A stretch of DNA of 64,000 bases, taken from positions 448,001 through 512,000 of the forward strand of contig JAWLHJ010000005.1 of NCBI GenBank assembly GCA_041690395.1, given 5' to 3'. A model generated the notes under the pieces. That model searched no databases, was not told the origin of the DNA, and saw only the letters and a program-made list of their open reading frames with translations. This DNA is from Longimicrobiales bacterium (GTDB taxonomy: Bacteria > Gemmatimonadota > Gemmatimonadetes > Longimicrobiales > Gaopeijiaceae). The translations under genes and the position numbers were made by a program. This document shows, piece after piece, positions 38,188 through 47,059 of this stretch; position 1 is the stretch's first letter, and each line of letters starts with the position of its first letter.

Positions 38188-40869
38188 TCACTCGCCCCGA
38201 AGCACTTCCATGGGGTCGAGTGAGGCCGCCCGCCTCGCGGGAAACACGCTGGCCGCCACGGCCACCGCGGGGACCGTGATCAGAACGCCGAGGAAGACCC
38301 AGGGATCGCGGGGGCTGGCCGTGAAGAGCGCGGACGCCAGGAACGGCGCGACCGCGAACGCGACGGCCAACCCGAGCGTGGTGCCGGCGCCCACGATGAC
38401 CAGGCCGTCCCGGACGACCTTCCGAGCCACCTGTCCGCGCCGAGCGCCAATGGCCATCCGAATCCCGATCTCACCGACACGCTGCCGGACCCCGTACGAC
38501 ACAACGCCGTAGAGCCCCGCCACGGCGAGGAGTAGGGCGGCGCCCGCGAAGCCGAGCATGAGCCACATGCTCGCGCGCCGGGCCCAGAGCGCATCGGCCA
38601 TGACCTCTGCCATGGTCGTGACCCGGAACATTGCCACGCCAGGCGCCTGTTCCGTGAGGGCGGCCCGGAGCGACTCCGTGAGGCGGGTCGGCTCGCCGGC
38701 GCTCCGGACGGCGATGTTCATCGCGCTCGGAGGAAGCTGTGGCAAGGGCACCCAGACCCCGGGGCGCATGGGCTCGTCGAGCCCGTAGTGCTTCGTGTCG
38801 GCGGTGACGGCCACGACCGTCCACCAGTCGCGGCCTCCCGTGCGTACCCGCGCGCCCACGGGCTCCTCGAGGTGGCCCAGGAACTCCCGAGCGAAGGTCT
38901 CGTTGACCACGACGACCCCCGCGCCTTCGTCCCTTCCGTCGGATGCCGTGAGGGCCCGACCCTGGACGATCTGCACACCCATCGTCTCCAGATAGCCCGG
39001 ACTGATGGCCCGAACCAGGACGACGGGGTTCGCCTCGCCGTCGGCACGCTCCGGGGCGCCCTCCGCCTGGAAGAAGTATCCACTGTGGCCCCGGAGCGGC
39101 AGGATCGTGGTCGCGCCGGCCGAGACGACGCCCGGGACGGCCTCGACCCGCTCGAGATGTTCGGTCCAGAAGCGGACCCGCTCCGCGGGCGTGGGATAGC
39201 GCTCGGCCGGGAGCTGCACGGTGTAGGCGAGCACACCCTCCGTCCGGAACCCAGGCTCGACATCCTGAAGGGCCTGCGCGTCCCGGAGGGTGACCCCCGT
39301 CACGACCAGTAACATACACGCGAGGGCGATCTGTCCGGCCACCAACATGCCGGTCGCGCGGACCTGCCGTTGTCCGGCCGTGCCGCGGGAGGTGGTCGTG
39401 CTGAACGACCCCGAGGCTTGCGCGCGTGACAGGCGGAGCGCCGGGAACATCCCGAAGAGCACGGCGGTGGCCGCCGTCGCGATCACGGTGAACAGCACCA
39501 GGCGCCCGTCGATGTCGAAGCGGACCCACGGTGGAAACTGGTCCCCGAGGCGGAACACCATGAGGCCCGACAGCCAGACACCCACACCTGCTCCGGCGAC
39601 CCCTCCCGCGAGCGCGAGCACGAGGCTCTCGGTGAAGAGATGACGCACGATGCGACCCCGCCCGGCACCCATTGCCAACCGGATCTCGATCTCCCGCTGT
39701 CGGCCCAGCGCTCGAACCAGCGTGAGTCCCGCGATGTTCGCACACGCCAGGAGAAGGATCACGCCCACCGCGCCGACGAGCACATGGAGGCCGGTGCGTG
39801 CGTCGCCGAGATACCGTTCCCTGAGGGAGCTCACGACCGGGAAGGTCACCTCGTTGACGGACCATCGATCCACGAGGCTTTTGTGCACGCGCGTCAGGTC
39901 CTCCTCCGCTCCGCTCAGGGTCACGCCGGGCAGGAGGCGCCCGACACCCTGATAGGAGAACGCATCGTGCGTGCCGGGGTCCTCCTGCAGGGGGACCCAG
40001 AGATCGGCATCCTCGACGAAGGAGGCCTCCGGCGGGATTACGCCCAGGACCTGGAACACGCGATCGTCCAAGGTCACCGTCCCACCGACGACCGACGGGT
40101 CCCGACCGTAGGCCTGTACCCAAAGCCCATGGCCGAGCAACGCCACGAGCGGACCATCCGGCACGTCCTCGCTCTCGTTGAACAGTCGGCCCTCGACGGG
40201 CTCGATGCCCAGCGTCGTCGCCAGATCGTGGGAGGCCCGTACGAGGCTCACACGGGTTGCGCCGTCCACGCCCTGCAGACTCGCGCCCCCCACGTCGTAG
40301 ACGGCCATGGACTCGAAGGTCCGGTTGCCGTCCCGCCACGCCGCGAAGTCCGCGTACGCCATCCCGGTGAAGTCAAGATTCCACTGGGGCGCCCGCGTAT
40401 CCAGATCGACGAGGCGCCCGGCATCCTCGAAAGGAAGGGATCGGACGAAGAGCCCATCGTAGACGCGAAACACCGCGGTGTTGGCCGCGACCGCCATCAT
40501 CATGATCGCCACCACGGTGATCGCGTACGCCGGCTGCCTGGACAGGGACCGGACCGCGTAACGGATATCGTAGACCAGAGCACGCATCGAAGACTCCCCC
40601 TCGTCGGTTCTCCCCCGCCGGGCACCGGCCCGGACCCCCACCCTCTCCAGCACCGCGTGGCGCGCCGTATCGAACGCCAACGCACCCCAGAACCCGATCC
40701 CCGTCGAGCGCCCCGATCTGCTCCGGTCGGCCAGCATATCGGCCACGAGGCGCTCGGCCGCCCTACCGTGCTCACGCCTCCAGGCGGGCGGCATCAGGAG
40801 CAGAAGCGCCCGATACCAGAGCGGAGCACGCCGATCGCGACTCGGTGGTGGGACGTCGGGATCGGTCAC
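38188..40869 (-). CDS. ADOP-type duplicated permease (cassette E)
   Basis: AANTAVF, LLLACANIAGL, EIEIRLAMGA, EIGIRMAIGA, PARRAASLDPMEVLRGE; GTGA overlap with padR. Confidence 0.93.
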   Translation of the reverse strand: MTDPDVPPPSRDRRAPLWYRALLLLMPPAWRREHGRAAERLVADMLADRSRSGRSTGIGFWGALAFDTARHAVLERVGVRAGARRGRTDEGESSMRALVYDIRYAVRSLSRQPAYAITVVAIMMMAVAANTAVFRVYDGLFVRSLPFEDAGRLVDLDTRAPQWNLDFTGMAYADFAAWRDGNRTFESMAVYDVGGASLQGVDGATRVSLVRASHDLATTLGIEPVEGRLFNESEDVPDGPLVALLGHGLWVQAYGRDPSVVGGTVTLDDRVFQVLGVIPPEASFVEDADLWVPLQEDPGTHDAFSYQGVGRLLPGVTLSGAEEDLTRVHKSLVDRWSVNEVTFPVVSSLRERYLGDARTGLHVLVGAVGVILLLACANIAGLTLVRALGRQREIEIRLAMGAGRGRIVRHLFTESLVLALAGGVAGAGVGVWLSGLMVFRLGDQFPPWVRFDIDGRLVLFTVIATAATAVLFGMFPALRLSRAQASGSFSTTTSRGTAGQRQVRATGMLVAGQIALACMLLVVTGVTLRDAQALQDVEPGFRTEGVLAYTVQLPAERYPTPAERVRFWTEHLERVEAVPGVVSAGATTILPLRGHSGYFFQAEGAPERADGEANPVVLVRAISPGYLETMGVQIVQGRALTASDGRDEGAGVVVVNETFAREFLGHLEEPVGARVRTGGRDWWTVVAVTADTKHYGLDEPMRPGVWVPLPQLPPSAMNIAVRSAGEPTRLTESLRAALTEQAPGVAMFRVTTMAEVMADALWARRASMWLMLGFAGAALLLAVAGLYGVVSYGVRQRVGEIGIRMAIGARRGQVARKVVRDGLVIVGAGTTLGLAVAFAVAPFLASALFTASPRDPWVFLGVLITVPAVAVAASVFPARRAASLDPMEVLRGE

Positions 40870-41171
40870 GTGACCGCGTTCCTCGCCGCACGGACCCATT
40901 CAGCCAGCATGTCGGTCTCTTCCTTGAGGCGAGCCCGCCCCGGACCCGTCAGCGCGTAGTACTGGCGACGCTCGTCCTCCGCCTCGCCCGGCGGCGTCCC
41001 GACCTGCTCGACCATGCCCTCGTCCTCGAGCGTGGCCAACGATCGGTAGAGCATGGCCGGCCACAAGGTCATATGCCCCGCCGTGGCGTCCAGGACCGCG
41101 CGTTGGATGCCGAAGCCGTGCAGCGGCTTGTCCGCCAGTGCGAGGAGGATGTGGTACCACTGGGGCTTCAT
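40866..41171 (-). CDS. PadR family transcriptional regulator (cassette E)
   Basis: WYHILLALAD..LHGFGI...LWPAMLYRSL...RRQYYALTGPGR; start 41171 or 41186. Confidence 0.92.
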   Translation of the reverse strand: MKPQWYHILLALADKPLHGFGIQRAVLDATAGHMTLWPAMLYRSLATLEDEGMVEQVGTPPGEAEDERRQYYALTGPGRARLKEETDMLAEWVRAARNAVT

Positions 41172-41228
41172 TGGACGACCGATCATCGAGACCTCGACGG
41201 AAGGACGCGCCGGCTCGGCGGCAATTGC

Positions 41229-41270
41229 ATCACATAAGACTAGTATTGTGTGATATCAATATGTGCGCAA
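41229..41270 (-). promoter_or_regulatory. AT-rich palindromic operator upstream of padR-E
   Basis: atcacataa-g-actagt-a-ttgtgtgat (41229-41254) followed by atcaatatgtg. Confidence 0.65.
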
Positions 41271-41434
41271 GAGGCTCTGCTCGGGGCGTCAGCGCGCGCC
41301 GACGCGTCTCAGTCGCCCGGGCGAGAGGCTGCGACCACCCCGCCGGCTCAGGAGCGTTGGTCGGCGGCCACACCGGGACGAACCGGGGCGCGCGGGGACG
41401 GGAGGAGGATCGGCGAAGGGATCCTCCAGCGAGG

Positions 41435-41980
41435 TCAGGCCGGCTCCAGCCTCCACGTCCCTTCCGCAGGCCCGGCGCCGTCTTCGTCAAGCACCAGTGC
41501 GCCGCACGTCCACGTTCCCTCGGCGGTTCCGGGCCCCGTGACACGACCCGTCATGCGGCCGATGCCTTCGTAGAACGGGATGTCGGTCGCGAGGTTGACG
41601 GGCGTTTCCAGTGCGATGCTGTCGGCCCCGATCAGCCGGACATGATTCTCCTCGCTCAACAGGAAGGGCGTGAAGACGAGACCCGTGCCGTCGGGGCGCT
41701 CGATGGTCCGCTCCACCTCGCCGCCCCCGGAGGTGACGTAGACGCGCCCCGTCTCCAGGCGTTCGAGGCCGTCCCATTCGAACACGAGATCCATCGTGCA
41801 GGACACCGTGAATCCGTCGTTCGTGCCTCCTGCCTCCCCGGTGACGGTGTACTGGGCCGGCAACTCGAAGATCTCCGGCTCCGCGGGGTCGCTGCCGCAG
41901 CCGGCCGTCGCGACGATCGTCGCCATCCACGCCGGCGCCAGCGTCCGCCATCCCCGTCCCATCCCAAGACCCGATCCCAT
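41435..41980 (-). CDS. Hypothetical lipoprotein
   Basis: GGAGG SD; hydrophobic stretch ending ATAGC; beta-rich acidic mature part. Confidence 0.65.
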   Translation of the reverse strand: MGSGLGMGRGWRTLAPAWMATIVATAGCGSDPAEPEIFELPAQYTVTGEAGGTNDGFTVSCTMDLVFEWDGLERLETGRVYVTSGGGEVERTIERPDGTGLVFTPFLLSEENHVRLIGADSIALETPVNLATDIPFYEGIGRMTGRVTGPGTAEGTWTCGALVLDEDGAGPAEGTWRLEPA

Positions 41981-42051
41981 CTCCCCCCCTCCGTCGCAAA
42001 AGCGTCGTCCCCATCAGAACGAGTGGGAACGGCAGGACGCTACACGAAGGC

Positions 42052-42525
42052 TCAGCCGCCCGGGCATCCGCATCCCTTGTCGAAGATCACGCGCCAGCGT
42101 CCGTCGGCCTCCAGGCGCCAGACCGAATTGAAGGTGCCGACTTGCTCACCGGCGGGGTTTCGTACGGGCCCCGAGCTGTGGGCGAGCGTACCGGACGCGA
42201 GGACCACGACCTCTTCGGGCTCCCAGGAAAAGGGAGCCTCCTGACCCTGGAAGTAGACCGCCCATCCCTCTACCACGGCCTCGCGGCCCTGGAGGGGTGC
42301 GGCTCCGAAAAAGACCGCATCTTCCGCGACAAGATCGGCAAAGGCCTCGATGTCCCGGTCCGCCATGGTGCGGGCGAAGGCGCGCTCTGCCGCCTCCACC
42401 TGCGACGGGAGATCCGGGTTGGACTGACCGGAAACGCACGAAGAGATCAGGACGAGAGCGAGGGGGACGGCAAGCAGCGCGACAGCGCATGTCCTAACTC
42501 GCGAACTGGAAATGGGAGGTATCAT
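42052..42525 (-). CDS. NTF2-like (DUF4440/YbH-type) lipoprotein
   Basis: AAERAFA..MADRD..AF......DAVF, GREAVVEGW, FSWEPE, FNSVWR...GRWRVIFDKG; start uncertain. Confidence 0.82.
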   Translation of the reverse strand: MIPPISSSRVRTCAVALLAVPLALVLISSCVSGQSNPDLPSQVEAAERAFARTMADRDIEAFADLVAEDAVFFGAAPLQGREAVVEGWAVYFQGQEAPFSWEPEEVVVLASGTLAHSSGPVRNPAGEQVGTFNSVWRLEADGRWRVIFDKGCGCPGG

Positions 42526-42604
42526 GGGACTCGTAGGAATGGGTGGTGGTGTGAGACGCCCATCATGGGGAACGCGACTCCACCGTAACCGGATAGATTG
42601 AGCG

Positions 42605-43204
42605 ATGACCAAGCAGTCGACACTCGTCTCGGCGTGCCTCGTCGTGGCGATAGCATGCGGCGAGGACCCGGTCGGGGTGGCCGAAGAATGCGGCCCTTTC
42701 CCGGAGTGGTCGACCTCGCCGTATGACCTTCCGTACCCGAAGGGACGCTCCTACGAGCTGCGGCAATCGAACTGCTCCGGGTTCGGGCACGTGGGCTTCT
42801 GGAAGCACGGCTACGATTTCATCATGCCGATCGGGACGGTGGTGACGGCGTCCAGGGCCGGCGTGGTCGGTTGGGCGAGAGACGGCTGCTCCGACGGCGA
42901 TCGGGCATGCACGAACCTGATCACCGTCATCCACGAGGACGAAACCGTTGCACTCTACTCGCACCTCACGCTCGACGGTGTCCTCGTGAGATCCGGCGAT
43001 ACGGTCGCCCAGGGAGACACGATTGGCTTGAGCGGCAACACGGGCTTGTCGACGGAACCTCACCTGCACTTCTCGCTGCATCCCTGCAACGAGCTGCCGG
43101 GGCTTCCAGCCACAGGTCATTGTCCCAGCCTTCCGTTCACGGTGCGGAACACGGACCCGAACCCGGGCGGACTGGAAGCCTTTCGATGGTACGAGGCGCG
43201 GTAA
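42605..43204 (+). CDS. M23 family peptidase lipoprotein
   Basis: Lipobox AIAC; YDFIMPIGTVVTASRAGVV, YSHL, GLSGNTGLSTEPHLHF. Confidence 0.85.
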   Translation: MTKQSTLVSACLVVAIACGEDPVGVAEECGPFPEWSTSPYDLPYPKGRSYELRQSNCSGFGHVGFWKHGYDFIMPIGTVVTASRAGVVGWARDGCSDGDRACTNLITVIHEDETVALYSHLTLDGVLVRSGDTVAQGDTIGLSGNTGLSTEPHLHFSLHPCNELPGLPATGHCPSLPFTVRNTDPNPGGLEAFRWYEAR

Positions 43205-43910
43205 CAACTGCCGGTTCAAGGGAACTCGGCCCCTCGACATCGTCCGACCACGATCCGACGGGCAAGATGAGGTAGTTGAAGATGCGTCCCAGGTGGCTGA
43301 CCATGATCGAGCTCCCCTCGGGGAGGGCCATACCCTCGTTGGAGAAGCCCGGATCGAAGATCATGACGTGCGGCCGCCATGCCCCGATGGCGGGTCCGTC
43401 GGGCGCCGAGTGTAGCCGCTGGTTTCGGGAGAGCATGGTCGTGAACACGGGCCGGGTCGGCTCGGGAAGCACTCCTGCGCGGTAGAGGGCCTCGACAGAG
43501 TCGACGGCCGCCTGGTACGGGAGCCCGCCCGCGCGCAGCCGCTCGATCCGCACGACTCCCGGGACCAGCGTCCGCGTGCCTTCGGGATCGTAGCAGATCG
43601 GCGCCACGCTTTCCGGGTGATCACGATCGACGAGGCACGTCCATCCGTTCGTGCCGGCGGCGTGCAGCCGGTAGCCGTCCTCGTAGAGCACCCACACGTC
43701 CGCATGGTCGGAGATGTCCGAGTCGGCCGCGGACCGGGCCAGGGCCGCCTCCTCGGCCGGCGGCATCAGGACGAGGGGCGTCCGCTGGGCCCGAGAAGGG
43801 ACCGGCAGGGCGATGAGTAGGAGCAGCGCGCTCACCGCGGCCCGTACGCGGGGCCGGGGTGACGCCGGTGGCGGGCGGCGGATCGGGGATGGGTGGGTCG
43901 GGCGTTGCAT
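43137..43910 (-). CDS. Secreted hypothetical protein
   Basis: GGAGGT SD; signal peptide (SRA-Q); LARSAA...GTNGWTCLVDR...APICYD..G...WRPHVMIF; 3' end overlaps the M23 gene. Confidence 0.7.
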   Translation of the reverse strand: MQRPTHPSPIRRPPPASPRPRVRAAVSALLLLIALPVPSRAQRTPLVLMPPAEEAALARSAADSDISDHADVWVLYEDGYRLHAAGTNGWTCLVDRDHPESVAPICYDPEGTRTLVPGVVRIERLRAGGLPYQAAVDSVEALYRAGVLPEPTRPVFTTMLSRNQRLHSAPDGPAIGAWRPHVMIFDPGFSNEGMALPEGSSIMVSHLGRIFNYLILPVGSWSDDVEGPSSLEPAVVTAPRTIERLPVRPGSGPCSAP

Positions 43911-44015
43911 GGGGACCTCCGGTGTCCGAGTGAGCAGGTCTGCCCCCCAGACGCACGAAGTTCTCGAGAATCGACACTGCCCGAATCCCTTTCCAACCTT
44001 TCTCATTTAGGATGC

Positions 44016-44034
44016 GTCGTATACGAAACACGAC
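44016..44034 (+). promoter_or_regulatory. Possible operator upstream of padR-F
   Basis: gtcgt-atacgaaac-acgac, containing the palindrome tcgtatacga. Confidence 0.45.
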
Positions 44035-44052
44035 ACACGAACGGGAGTGGAG

Positions 44053-44373
44053 ATGTCGGTCGGAGAACTGGAGGTGCTGCTGCTACTGGCGGTCCTGCGG
44101 CTCGATGAAGAGGCGTACGGAGTCGCGATTCGCGACGAACTCGATGCGCGCACCGGTCGAAGGCTGACGCGCGGCGCGGTCTACACCGCACTCCGTCGCC
44201 TCGAATCCAAGGGGCTGATCGAAGGCCGTCTCGGGGAGGCCACGCCGGTTCGTGGCGGACGGGCGAAGCGGTACCTGAGCCTCACCCCATCGGGCATTGC
44301 GGCGGTCCGGTCCGCGGCGAACGACCTGGACCGGATGCGTGCCGGCCTCGACCTCTCCACCGAGCCGGGCTGA
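44053..44373 (+). CDS. PadR family transcriptional regulator (cassette F)
   Basis: VGELEVLLLLAV...AYGVAI...GAVYTALRRLE.KG...RGGRAKRY..LT..G. Confidence 0.93.
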   Translation: MSVGELEVLLLLAVLRLDEEAYGVAIRDELDARTGRRLTRGAVYTALRRLESKGLIEGRLGEATPVRGGRAKRYLSLTPSGIAAVRSAANDLDRMRAGLDLSTEPG

Positions 44374-47018
44374 TGCGTCCGTCGATCGCCATGCGCCGGC
44401 TCCTCGACCGCCTGCTCGGTCCTGATGAGCAGCATCATGTCGGTGACCTGGATGAGGAGCTCGCTCGACGCACGGGCGCGCGCACGCCGAACTGGAAGGA
44501 CGAGCTCTGGTACCTCCGAGAGGCCACATCCCTCCTGCTGGCCTACCTGCGCGGCCACCTGTTCCCCCGGCCCACACTGCGCTCCGCCCCAACCCACACC
44601 ACCAGGAGCCCCCGCATGTTCGAAGACCTGTTGCGCGATCTCCGCATGGCGCTGCGCTCCTCGATCCGCACCCCGGGCGTGACGCTGGTAGTCGCCACCA
44701 CTCTGGCGGTGGCAACCGCCGCGACCATCGCGATGTTCGCCGTGGCCGATGCGGCCTTCCTGCGGCCGCTTCCCTGGCCCAATGAGGAGCGGCTCGTGCG
44801 CTTCCATACGGGCTTCGACGGCGGGAGCGGCTCGGTGGACGCGATATCGCCCCTCGACGCCAGAGGGATTGCCTCGGCGACGGGACAGATCGAGGAGGTC
44901 GGGATCTGGACCCTGGGGGAGACCGTGCACCTCACCAGCGTGGTGGAGCCGGTTCGCCTGGAGGCGCCGCGGGCCTCGGTTGGGCTCTTCAGGATCCTGG
45001 GTGCGGAGCCCGTAGCAGGTCGCTTCTTCGTCGCCGACGAGGAGGTCCCCGGCGGGGACCGGGCCGTGGTGCTATCACACCGGCTTTGGACCGATGCATG
45101 GGGTGCGGATCCGGGCGTCGTCGGGACCAGCATCGAGCTCGACGGAGCGGCCTACCAGGTGGTGGGGGTCGCGCCCAAGAACGGGATGCTCCCGGTGGGC
45201 GCGGATCTGTGGCGGGCCCTCGCCCTCGGACCCGAGTGGTACGAGGAGGACCGATGGGGCTGGCAGTTCCTCGCCGCCCTGGGACGGCTGACCCCCGGGA
45301 CGGACGTGGCGACGGCGCAGACCGAGCTGACCCGCCGCTTCGTGGAAGAGACGGCCGGGAGCAGGGAAGGGCAGATGCGCGTCCTCCGACCCCTGAGAGA
45401 GGAACTGGTGGGGAGCGCCCGTGCCGGCATCCTCGTGCTCTCGATCGCGGTGGGTCTGCTTCTGCTCATCGCCTGCCTCAACATCGCTTCGGTCCTCCTG
45501 GCCCGCGCCCAGACGCGGGCTGCGGAGTTCGGGCTGCGGCGGGCGCTCGGCGTGGGGGGGAGTCGGCTGGCCCGTCAGGTGATGCTGGAGACCGGCGTCA
45601 TGGCCACGCTGGGTACCGCGGCCGGCCTCGGGCTCGCCGCCGCAGCGATCCGGTTCCTCTCGCTCTCGCAGCTCGAAGCCCTGTTCGCTCTGGGACCCCT
45701 CTCGATCGACCTCCGGGTCGGGGCCTTCGCCGTAGCGATCGTGCTCATCGCGACGGTCGCCTTCGGAATGGCACCCGTGGCCGCCGCCATCGGCGCCGAC
45801 CCTGCCGGTGCCCTCCAGGGAGGGACGCGGCGAACGGCGGGCGGTCGGAGCGCGACGCGGCTGCGGGCCGGTCTGGTGACGGCACAGATCGCCGTGGCCC
45901 TGGTCCTCCTGGTGGCGGTGAGCGTCTCCACGTCGACCTATCGCGGGATCTCGAGCCGTGATCAGGGCTTCGATCCCGATGGGGTTCTGGCGACATCCGT
46001 CGAGCTGCCTGCCGGAACGGAGGCGGATGAGGCGTTCGCGCTCTATCGAGCGACCCTCGAACGGATGGCTGCGCTCCCGGGGGTGGAGTGGGCGGGGGGC
46101 GGCAGCTACCTCCCGCTCGAAGGTACCGGATGGTCGGCCTCTTTCGCCATCGCCGAACCGGACGACCCGCTGGTCGATCCGGGCGCGAACATGCGCCCGG
46201 TTACGCCGGGATACTTCGAGGCGATGGGAATCCGTGTCCTGGAGGGCAGGGGCCTGACGGAATCCGACGTAGCCGGTGGCGTGCCCGTAGTCGTCATCGA
46301 CCGGACCGTGGCGGAGCGCTTCTGGCCGGAGAGCAGTCCCATCGGGAGCCAGGTCTCGGTGGGAGGCTTGTCGCGGGACCTGGCGACCGTGGTCGGCATC
46401 GTCACGGACGTTCCACATGAGCGGCCGGACCAGACGGACGGAGGGCACGTGTACTTCTCGCTCCTTCAACGGGCACAGCGATCGGTCACCTTCGTAGCGC
46501 GCACGGACGGCGACCCCCTGACCCTCGCCGAGCCCGTGCGGAGCATCCTACGGGAGGTTGCACCACGGGCCGCCGTGACCGACGTGTCCCTGATGGCCAC
46601 CCGCGTGCGCGCGTCGATGGCCGGTCCCCGGCTGAGCCTGACCCTCCTGGCGATCTTCGGGGGCGTAGCCCTCTTCCTGGCTGCCGTCGGAGTGTACGGG
46701 ATCCTGGCCTTCACCGTCGCACGCCGTACCCGCGAGATCGGCACCCGGTTGGCGCTGGGAGCCACGCCCAGGGCGGTCGTGGGGGCGGTGGTCCGGCAGG
46801 CGATGGGCTACTGCTGCGTCGGGATTCTCGTGGGTGGCATCTCCTCCTACCTGCTGCTCCAGTGGCTGACGCGCCTGGTCGTCGAGCTTCAGGGCGCGGA
46901 TGCCACGGCCTATCTCCTGGCGCCCGCCATCCTGGCGGCTTCCTCCGTGCTGGCCGCCCTTGTACCGGCGGTCAATGCTGCGCGGCTGGATCCGAACCTG
47001 GCGTTGCGGGAGGACTGA
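44373..47018 (+). CDS. ADOP-type duplicated permease with 'permease prefix domain 2'-like N-terminus (cassette F)
   Basis: GDLDEE...WYLRE prefix; LLIACLNIASVLLAR; RRTREIGTRLALGA; TGATG overlap with padR. Confidence 0.93.
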   Translation: MRPSIAMRRLLDRLLGPDEQHHVGDLDEELARRTGARTPNWKDELWYLREATSLLLAYLRGHLFPRPTLRSAPTHTTRSPRMFEDLLRDLRMALRSSIRTPGVTLVVATTLAVATAATIAMFAVADAAFLRPLPWPNEERLVRFHTGFDGGSGSVDAISPLDARGIASATGQIEEVGIWTLGETVHLTSVVEPVRLEAPRASVGLFRILGAEPVAGRFFVADEEVPGGDRAVVLSHRLWTDAWGADPGVVGTSIELDGAAYQVVGVAPKNGMLPVGADLWRALALGPEWYEEDRWGWQFLAALGRLTPGTDVATAQTELTRRFVEETAGSREGQMRVLRPLREELVGSARAGILVLSIAVGLLLLIACLNIASVLLARAQTRAAEFGLRRALGVGGSRLARQVMLETGVMATLGTAAGLGLAAAAIRFLSLSQLEALFALGPLSIDLRVGAFAVAIVLIATVAFGMAPVAAAIGADPAGALQGGTRRTAGGRSATRLRAGLVTAQIAVALVLLVAVSVSTSTYRGISSRDQGFDPDGVLATSVELPAGTEADEAFALYRATLERMAALPGVEWAGGGSYLPLEGTGWSASFAIAEPDDPLVDPGANMRPVTPGYFEAMGIRVLEGRGLTESDVAGGVPVVVIDRTVAERFWPESSPIGSQVSVGGLSRDLATVVGIVTDVPHERPDQTDGGHVYFSLLQRAQRSVTFVARTDGDPLTLAEPVRSILREVAPRAAVTDVSLMATRVRASMAGPRLSLTLLAIFGGVALFLAAVGVYGILAFTVARRTREIGTRLALGATPRAVVGAVVRQAMGYCCVGILVGGISSYLLLQWLTRLVVELQGADATAYLLAPAILAASSVLAALVPAVNAARLDPNLALRED

Positions 47019-47059
47019 TTGCCGCCGGGTCCGTGGGCGGAATCGTGTCGCGCGTCCAC

